A stretch of DNA of 39,164 nucleotides from an uncultured Saprospiraceae bacterium (GTDB lineage: Bacteria; Bacteroidota; Bacteroidia; Chitinophagales; Saprospiraceae): the NCBI GenBank assembly GCA_937967535.1, contig CALCMV010000157.1:1-39164 (forward strand). The letters run 5' to 3'. The translations under genes were made by a program, and so were the position numbers. The notes beneath the pieces are model-generated. The model did not search any database. It worked only from the letters and a program-made list of their open reading frames with translations, and was not told the DNA's origin. Below are positions 35,001 through 39,164 of the stretch, in pieces (within the stretch, counting starts at the first letter, position 1; each line of letters opens with the position of its first letter).

Positions 35001-35105
35001 AAAAGTGTCAGACAACCCCTTAGCACCTTCGTATATATGCTCGAATTTAGCATCAACAACAGACCACCGGAATTTTTGAAGGGAGATGTGGTGCTGATAA
35101 GATGA
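29058..35105 (+). CDS. Giant (2015 aa) SprB-like repetitive cell-surface protein with a type B T9SS (gliding-associated) C-terminal domain
   Basis: It has a signal peptide. About nine ~89-95-aa Cys-containing modules follow (NNEV...GQEVCDENGF...GETGTWSGPAGVTF...CWTITRGGC). Next comes an array of SprB-type repeats (C-N/G-DGSITV...GG-PY-Y). The C-terminal PTGFTPNGDGNNDTFFP...VWNRWGEKVY is typical of the type B sorting domain. Confidence 0.92.
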   Translation: MKQVYTLLLLLLFALTIVSNAHAQCDAVILTPDQTEVCDNFFMVSAQEPAGNFTGQWTGPGNTSFADENSPSTFITNLNPGPNTVVWSIFDASGTICNSMSITLINNEVTTTPIITTDNNQEVCDENNFQIAANTNLNPGEVGSWSSNIPGVTFLPNVNNPNATANNLAPGNNVIFWTIRKEGCSANPASITVINNEVITEPEIEPFSVLISCETDGFDDIFANLTNQLIPGETGTWTGPPGVTFSPNSESPTIDGLLPGANELTWTISRGGCPVKTTSVTLVNDMVMTDAQILTSAQEVCDENDFSIEGNTPANGETGTWTGPAGVTFSDPNSPTSTVNGLQPGDNEICWTISRGNCPPTQACVIITNNEVTTTSSISTADGQEVCDENGFMVSANAPAPGETGTWSGPAGVTFMPNANSPDATVNNLPSGTSTLCWTITRGGCDDTATESCIDVTNNEVNTTAAISTQNGQEVCDENGFMVSANTPASGETGTWSGPAGVTFMPNANSPDATVNNLPPGTSTLCWTITRGGCDDTATEACIEVTNNEVTSVSAIGTANGQEVCNEDNFAADANVPADGETGTWSGPPGVTFSPNANAPSVVVNGLPTGTSTLCWTITRGGCDDTTSESCIDVMNNEVLTQSAIATTSGQETCDSDTFMVEGNAPQGNETGTWTGPPGVTFDPNENSPNATVIGLPLGTSTLTWTISNGGCPATSAEISVLNNEPTQPEISTSGGQAICDIESFTLEANTPATGETGVWTGPAGVIYLPNINSPTVTVSNLPPGDNDFTWTISQGGCSLSDVVTVTTFSTPVGTTTISDVTVVDGNDGEIAICINGGTSPYDVTWMPNEGDLAPVAGPCDANFEITGLTENVYTIFITDANGCNDTIPNVAVSGPICDNFNIGLVTTVGETCNDTQDGSITIEVLGAQGDITYSIGNGIPDVTTSDNPFTFTDLPAGSYNLFVQDERLCPDSFISNPVVVTEPNPLTVSTSVTDLGTIGGSDGAVCITVEGGTAPYTITSDCGTVMSGAGSCGGDFHIPNLMDVTCEITIVDATGECTVMTSATVSPPTCDLSINGDPIVSQVNCFNGNDGSITVNASSMGGGIQYSIDGGDTFMSGASPFTFDNLPAGTYNLVLGDALNCMTSFANNPIVLNNPPELIVTTDTIRTTTVGGNDGIIDICIMGGTPNFTVEYTPNTGFLTSVQGNCDANFQILGLIEGQYDITVTDANGCVFNISETVEGPDCSSFTIGQVLAENESCNEADDGSITIEVLSAIGEITYSVGNGIEDVVTNTNPFTFENLPEGEYIVFVVDEVGCSNSFISNPVIITAPEALSLSADLTNVSVLGGSDGAIEISVTGGTGPFTAIINGASQMTSADGNFVFSNLPAGEYEIVVTDANGCEISTTQTLNDPSCVLEVTDVMTTPASCAGFADGTITITSTSDNPPIEYTIDGVNFQASNVFTGLTAGEYTIGISDAVNCTATFSGNPVVVGEPAALNILPTILNVSALGANNGRVILCINGGSPDYTVSIDPPAGTITETMGSCDADFEITDLPPGEYVVTISDANGCEVIIDAPIEEPDCSGFMVTDVIPMDNNCNVSSQSNPDPDGTIEIFVTGGEPPYDYSIFGGANSINFADTSFLFTGLNVGTYTILVTDASNCAVGFVETVEIGEPELLVAPPTIIEPSVVGASDGEICLSPSGGIPPYTVMASCGTVIEGPGQQCGGDFHIAGLSAGQCDILVIDANLCEASGTIILEDPPCDQFGISAVSSENACFGVADGEITINIMGGIPPYQYSTDGGATTQTSNDMSFTFSGLAPGTYDIFVSDMVLCTEDFADQIVIEEIAEFEVDAGMDATVEIGESIELNATSSEAGDYEWMPADDLDDPFSANPTATPMDVGDITYEVTLTTPDGCTASDEVRITVEDNSTVVVPTGFTPNGDGNNDTFFPEINGNVDVLSFTVWNRWGEKVYDNPAPPGWDGTYKSVRQPLSTFVYMLEFSINNRPPEFLKGDVVLIR
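30162..30695 (+). repeat. Two tandem 267-bp (89-codon) coding repeats of high identity inside the adhesin gene
   Basis: The units are 30162-30428 and 30429-30695. They share a 44-nt identical run (30270-30313 = 30537-30580) and many shorter ones. Confidence 0.85.
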
Positions 35106-35138
35106 TGTACCAAATCTGTACTAAATTTATAGAAATAG

Positions 35139-35175
35139 AAATGCCGAACATGATTGTGTTCGGCATTTTTATTTC
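35139..35175 (+). terminator. Rho-independent terminator of the adhesin gene
   Basis: 12-bp perfect stem AAATGCCGAACA (35139-35150) / TGTTCGGCATTT (35157-35168) with a 6-nt loop and a T-rich tail. Confidence 0.85.
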
Positions 35176-35182
35176 TTAGAAT

Positions 35183-35281
35183 AATGAGTGAATGAATAAT
35201 TAATGCGCCAATGTGATAATTCAGAGTATCGGGATGCAATTTAATTGATTGTAAAAAAACATGAACCATGAACTATGAACC
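35183..35281 (-). repeat. Composite intergenic module, family A, copy 2 (inverted relative to 10800-10936)
   Basis: The reverse complement reads GGTTCATAGTTCATGGTTCATG-TTTTTTTACAAT-..-CATCCCGATA-..-ATTATCA-..-ATTCATTCACTCATT. This is the same block order as copy 1. Confidence 0.75.
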
Positions 35282-35352
35282 TCTTTAAATAACTAATTTC
35301 AAATCAAAAAAACCGTTCAAATGTTGATATTATTATTTAAACTATTCTAATC

Positions 35353-35382
35353 AAAAAAAAACGTGCGAGCAAGCTCGCACGT
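35353..35382 (-). terminator. Rho-independent terminator of the cadherin-like T9SS protein gene
   Basis: GC-rich stem ACGTGCGAGC / GCTCGCACGT (35361-35382), followed on the minus strand by a T8-9 run (A-run at 35353-35361 on +). Confidence 0.85.
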
Positions 35383-35453
35383 CCGCAGTTGATTAATGTG
35401 AGGCATATTAATTTAAAATATAATTATTTATACGCCTTTTTGTTTAATAAAGT

Positions 35454-36599
35454 TTAAATTTTAACAAATTTCTTTGCAATCCATTCTCCTTCAATCAGGG
35501 TATTGAAAAAATAAACGCCTTGTGAGAAATTAGATACATCAAAGCGATAAGTCGGATTATTGGAGATAGGTCTTGTTTGTGTTTCGAGGATGCGTCCGTT
35601 GACATCCGTAATGATGATTTGTGCATCAGATTGAACCGGAATATTGAGATATTGCACCGTAATAAAATCATTTGCAACCGTAGGCAACAACTGAATATCG
35701 TAGCGACTTTCAGGCTCATTGACATTCGTAACTACTTCACTGACAGTGACATATACGTTTGCCGTAGCACACTGACCATTCGTATCACAGATGCGATACT
35801 CAAATGGCGCAACCTCGCCTACAAAACCACTCGCAGGTTCGAGCAATAATTCGCCGGGATTGTTGCTTGCCGTTACCGTCATTTGCTGTGCAGGCGGCGT
35901 ACTTAGCAGACTAAAAGTACTCATATCCAAATCATCATTAAGGTCAATATCATTATCCAATACATTGACGCTCATAGATTCATTGGGCAATGCGCTGATG
36001 AAATCATCGAAAGCAGTAGGCGCAACCGAGCAAAAATCGTAGAAACAAATATCGAGGTCTGCATAATTACCCTCTTGTACAACGTACAAACCGCCATCAT
36101 ACTTCTCTACCACAACGGTATTCGGATAATGCACCTCAGCATAAGTGTGCCAAGATAGATTCAGGCACTTGGTCGGGTCTGCAATATCAAATTGCAGTCT
36201 GCCTACGCTTGTCCAATCCGAAGCACTGACAAGCATCCCCGCATCACTCTGCAATTCAACATTATACGACAATACTGTGTCGATACTTCCCACTAAAGAA
36301 TGTGAGCTATACAAAACAACCGTACCATCAGGCAATTGGGTAACGCCAGCCAAGTCCAACTCTTCGAGAATAACCGGATTAGCAACGGCATTTCTGGAAA
36401 AAGACATTCGGTAATTTTGTTCCGCTACATTGAAAGTCGAACCATTGTCACTCGCTTTGAGTGTAATGTCTGCACTGACTTTCATGTTTCCGCAATCCAC
36501 CTCATTGAGCAGAAAGTGGAGGTCAAATTGACCTATCTGAGCATTAGCTTGTGAGAGTAACATGCACAAGCAAGCAGTTAAGTACAAATACTTACTCAT
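35454..36599 (-). CDS. T9SS-secreted protein with a cadherin/VCBS-like Ig domain and a type A C-terminal sorting domain
   Basis: 381 aa with signal peptide MSKYLYLTACLCMLLSQANAQ. The Ig-like segment reads APTAFDDFISALPNESMSVNVLDNDIDLNDD...ANVYVTV. The C-terminal LLPTVANDFITVQYLN...GVYFFNTLIEGEWIAKKFVKI is CTD-like. Confidence 0.87.
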   Translation of the reverse strand: MSKYLYLTACLCMLLSQANAQIGQFDLHFLLNEVDCGNMKVSADITLKASDNGSTFNVAEQNYRMSFSRNAVANPVILEELDLAGVTQLPDGTVVLYSSHSLVGSIDTVLSYNVELQSDAGMLVSASDWTSVGRLQFDIADPTKCLNLSWHTYAEVHYPNTVVVEKYDGGLYVVQEGNYADLDICFYDFCSVAPTAFDDFISALPNESMSVNVLDNDIDLNDDLDMSTFSLLSTPPAQQMTVTASNNPGELLLEPASGFVGEVAPFEYRICDTNGQCATANVYVTVSEVVTNVNEPESRYDIQLLPTVANDFITVQYLNIPVQSDAQIIITDVNGRILETQTRPISNNPTYRFDVSNFSQGVYFFNTLIEGEWIAKKFVKI

Positions 36600-37068
36600 T
36601 TGAAAAAATATTTCTTAAATTATTATAAAATATGATTCGTACAGTTTTTGAGGATTTAGCAGATGGTGAGAATAGTGGATTGTTGGGGAATTTTTTTAAG
36701 ACTCTGACATCTGGCAGCAAAGCGGTCTGGCTTCTAAAAGTTTTAATATAAAACTAGCGATAATACTGATTGTTAGAAATTTTATTACGCAAAAATTAGT
36801 GCTTTTTATACAAACTCCAATTTCTTTGCTTTGTGGTCGGTATTCATACCATAAATCATAAAATAGTGACGCGGTAGACCTAAGAGTTGTCGTGTTTTTT
36901 AGTATTATTTTTATGCAAATGCTGTATAATTTTTGGCGTGTTTAATTTTCATACAAAAGAAGCCGTCCAAATGTTGTTTTTATTTTCTTAGTTCAATGTC
37001 TTCGCCAAATTTCAAACTAAAGAAACTATTAGCTTATTTTTCCGTTAATTATTGGTGAAAAATGGTAC

Positions 37069-37419
37069 TATACTGTGAACGGTATAAATTTCGGAAAATA
37101 TCAGTTTTTCCGAATGAACCCGTAATGACTGCTTTAGCTGTCAAGTGCATTATTATTTTTATTTATAAAAAATTTAAAAACAATAATTTATAGATTTATT
37201 TTTATTTCACTTGACAGCTAAACAGGCTGACCGGGAACTCGTACAGGCGATTTCAATCGCCATGTTTAGTATAATTTTTATTTATAATTCACTGTAAATA
37301 AATGTTATACGAATTTTGTTTATTTTTTACATGGCGAATGAATTCGCCTGTACGGTATTCGCGGTCAGCCTGTAAAGCAGTCATTACAGTTTTCCGAAAT
37401 TTATGCCGTTCACAGTATA
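37069..37419. repeat. 351-bp compound inverted repeat (outer stem plus two internal hairpins with AT-rich 60-65-nt loops)
   Basis: Arms were verified by hand. A: 37069-37098 / 37390-37419 (29/30). B: 37122-37136 / 37373-37387 (15/15). C: 37133-37147 / 37208-37222 (15/15). D: 37222-37233 / 37362-37373 (12/12). E: 37240-37264 / 37330-37354 (23/25). Confidence 0.9.
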
Positions 37420-37487
37420 AAATAAATAATCCATTTTCAATGAATTATGAAAATGAAAGTGTCGCTTAGTTCAGTCCAACCACTTAA
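37420..37487 (-). repeat. Dispersed ~65-70-bp element, family C, copy 2
   Basis: It contains the exact reverse complement (37456-37487) of 23056-23087 plus flanking similarity. It directly abuts the compound inverted repeat and ends 80 nt upstream of the adaptor gene. Confidence 0.88.
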
Positions 37488-37567
37488 TATTATTAAAGCA
37501 ATAGCAACTTTCGGAAGAAATCAACAAAGAACAAAGAACGTGATTAGTTACAAATTATTTTTATCAT

Positions 37568-38971
37568 ATGTCAAATAAAATTCTTCGTAAAGCCAGTATC
37601 ATCTTGGGTTTGATTTTGTTGGTGGCTGGCATTGCCATCAGCAATAAAATAGCCAATCGAAAAGCACCTCAAAAACAACAGACCGCCGCCAAACCCGGCA
37701 TCAATTATGTACAAGCCATCACTGCAAAAAACGATGCCATACAATCGCAAGTAGGTATCAACGGCATGTTGACTGCCAAGAAAAAAATCGAAATGTATGC
37801 GGATGTATCAGGCACACTAAAGCCTACACAAAAGGATTTCAGAGAAGGCGTATACTACGATGAAGGCGAAATTATGATGGTGATAGACGACGAAGAAGCC
37901 CGCTTCAATCTTGAAGCCCAAAAGAGCCAACTCAAAGCCTCCGTCACCGCTTTTATTGATGACATCAACGATACCCAACAACGGCTCAATCTGCAAGCAC
38001 AAAAGAGTCGTTTGAAGGGCTTGATTTTGTCGGTTTTATACGACTTGGAAAGCGATTTTTCTGATAATTATTTGACATGGAAAAACTACATAGATGCTTT
38101 TGATTTGAATGGAAATATACGCCCGCTACCCAAAGCCCGTACCGACCGCGAACAGTTTTTTGTAGATGCCAGAGGAATCACTGACCAATACCTGAATATC
38201 AAGAGTTTAGAAGAAAGTTTGACCAAATATGACAATTATAATACGGGTAATTATGGTGTGACGGATATTGGAAAATGGAAAAATTATGTAAATGCTTTTG
38301 ATGTCAAAAAATCCGTTGATGCACTGCCCACACCTACAAGCGGACGCGAACAGTTTTTCTATGCTTCCCGCAATCTCGAAAATCAATATCTGAACATCAA
38401 AAGCCGCGAAAAAAACCTGAGCAAATACGTCATTTTCGCGCCCTTCAACGGAGTGGTCACACAATCGGCTATCAATCCGGGTGCATTGGTGCGTGTGGGG
38501 CAAAAATTAGGCGAATTTATCAGTCCCTACACCTACGAATTGACAGCTACTGTACCGCTTGAAGAAGTCGGATTTTTCAGACCGGGCAATACAGTAAAAC
38601 TCACCTCTGATGCTGTGGCAGGGGAGTGGTCGGGCAAAGTAGCGAGAGTCGGAAAAAGCATTGATGCGACCACACAAACACAAAAAATATTCATTCGCGT
38701 ATCGGGTGCCGACCTCAATGAAGGCATGTTTTTGAATGGCTTCGTAGCCACCGAAAAAATCGAAAATGCCATCAGTATACCTCGCAAATTGCTCAATGAC
38801 AATCGCGAATTATATATTATTGAAAATGATAAATTAGCATTAAAACCTATCCAATTGGTCAAATTTGATGGCAATAATGCCATCGTAAAAGGCATTCCCA
38901 ACGATACAAAAGTACTCGCAGCCCCCATACTCGGTGCTTACGAGGGTATGCCGGTGCAAATGATTGAATGA
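37568..38971 (+). CDS. HlyD-family efflux periplasmic adaptor (membrane fusion protein) with an internally duplicated helical region
   Basis: 467 aa with an N-terminal TM anchor. The lipoyl-like halves are MYADVSGTL... and ...VIFAPFNGVVTQSAINPGALV. A beta-barrel domain sits at the C terminus. The 51-aa segment W171-Y221 is repeated at W237-Y287 (nt 38078-38230 and 38276-38428). Confidence 0.87.
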   Translation: MSNKILRKASIILGLILLVAGIAISNKIANRKAPQKQQTAAKPGINYVQAITAKNDAIQSQVGINGMLTAKKKIEMYADVSGTLKPTQKDFREGVYYDEGEIMMVIDDEEARFNLEAQKSQLKASVTAFIDDINDTQQRLNLQAQKSRLKGLILSVLYDLESDFSDNYLTWKNYIDAFDLNGNIRPLPKARTDREQFFVDARGITDQYLNIKSLEESLTKYDNYNTGNYGVTDIGKWKNYVNAFDVKKSVDALPTPTSGREQFFYASRNLENQYLNIKSREKNLSKYVIFAPFNGVVTQSAINPGALVRVGQKLGEFISPYTYELTATVPLEEVGFFRPGNTVKLTSDAVAGEWSGKVARVGKSIDATTQTQKIFIRVSGADLNEGMFLNGFVATEKIENAISIPRKLLNDNRELYIIENDKLALKPIQLVKFDGNNAIVKGIPNDTKVLAAPILGAYEGMPVQMIE

Positions 38972-38998
38972 TTGATTTTTGCTGATTGTAGGATTGCG
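38972..38998 (+). repeat. GATT/TTTTG word array overlapping and following the adaptor stop codon
   Basis: ATGATTGAATGATTGATTTTTGCTGATTGTAGGATTGCG spans the stop TGA (38969-38971). It belongs to the same word family as 20106-20139 and 22907-22920. Confidence 0.65.
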
Positions 38999-39052
38999 TT
39001 GGTGATGTAATTTAAATTGGAAGATATACTCTTTTAGGCTAAAAATTAAACA

Positions 39053-39160
39053 TTTTGACGGCGACTTTCACGCTTACTTTTCCCCTTGAAAACAGTTATT
39101 TATCCAGATAAACGCCCGTTTCCAAGAGAAAAATTAAGCGCAAAATTCCCTCGTCAAAAA
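39053..39160. repeat. Imperfect ~41-43-bp inverted repeat with a 24-nt loop, at the window edge
   Basis: The left arm is 39053-39093 and the right arm 39118-39160. I hand-aligned them at roughly three quarters identity, with an anchored TTTTGACG / CGTCAAAA end and GCGCTTA/TAAGCG centre. Most mismatches are transitions. Confidence 0.65.
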
Positions 39161-39164
39161 AGTT

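Noticed and set aside
36632-36751. 39-codon ORF (MIRTVFEDLADGENSGLLGNFFKTLTSGSKAVWLLKVLI) in a locally less AT-rich patch of the 968-bp gap
   Set aside because: It is too short and has no recognisable motif. It cannot be supported without conservation or expression data. It would be worth a TBLASTN if the gap is studied.
37099-37389. Firm call of an invertible promoter inside the compound inverted repeat
   Set aside because: I could not find a TAnnTTTG -7 box in either orientation inside the segment, and no recombinase gene is in the window. It is kept only as one hypothesis within the finding, not as a feature.
37456-37487. tRNA-like look of the repeat core (GTCGCTTAGTTCAGTCCAACCAC)
   Set aside because: There is no complementary D-stem, no anticodon or T arm and no acceptor pairing. 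I found no GGTTCGAATCC-type T-loop anywhere in the window, so I call no tRNA.

Overview
This looks like a chromosomal segment of a Bacteroidota-type genome. Three proteins carry T9SS C-terminal sorting domains, one has SprB-type repeats, there is an Oar-like TonB receptor and a 7TM-sensor/LytTR pair, and leaders are A/T-rich with no Shine-Dalgarno sequence. I can support 24 protein-coding genes. Housekeeping genes are the leuC 3' part, a long acyl-CoA dehydrogenase, cinA, a 2-oxoacid dehydrogenase E2 and a DUF721 protein. Between them are envelope, surface and competition genes: a PIN toxin pair; a divergent sigma/anti-sigma pair followed by four small exported proteins; a membrane-anchored papain-like peptidase; a TPR-PD40-OmpA protein; an orphan Rhs toxin tip with a lipoprotein immunity candidate; a 2015-aa SprB-like adhesin; a cadherin-like T9SS protein; and an orphan HlyD-type adaptor. 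I found no rRNA, tRNA, CRISPR array, transposase, integrase or reverse transcriptase.

Five things stood out:
1. A T9SS metzincin gene is split into two ORFs. Their only 40-nt overlap contains an A9 homopolymer, and the gene's 5' end sits in a 10-bp x3.6 tandem repeat that carries ATGs in all three frames.
2. A 351-bp compound inverted repeat at 37069-37419 can fold as a three-way junction with two AT-rich loops. It sits in a 970-bp gene-free gap.
3. A ~65-bp element with a 32-nt perfect core occurs twice in inverted orientation, bracketing 14.3 kb that holds only surface and toxin genes.
4. The long AT-rich intergenic regions are mosaics of short modules and tandem 'word' arrays. These recur between loci and sit right at stop and start codons.
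5. The Rhs C-terminal tip has no start codon and no parental rhs gene in the window.

All calls come from reading the sequence and ORF translations by hand. Family names are motif recall, not database hits.
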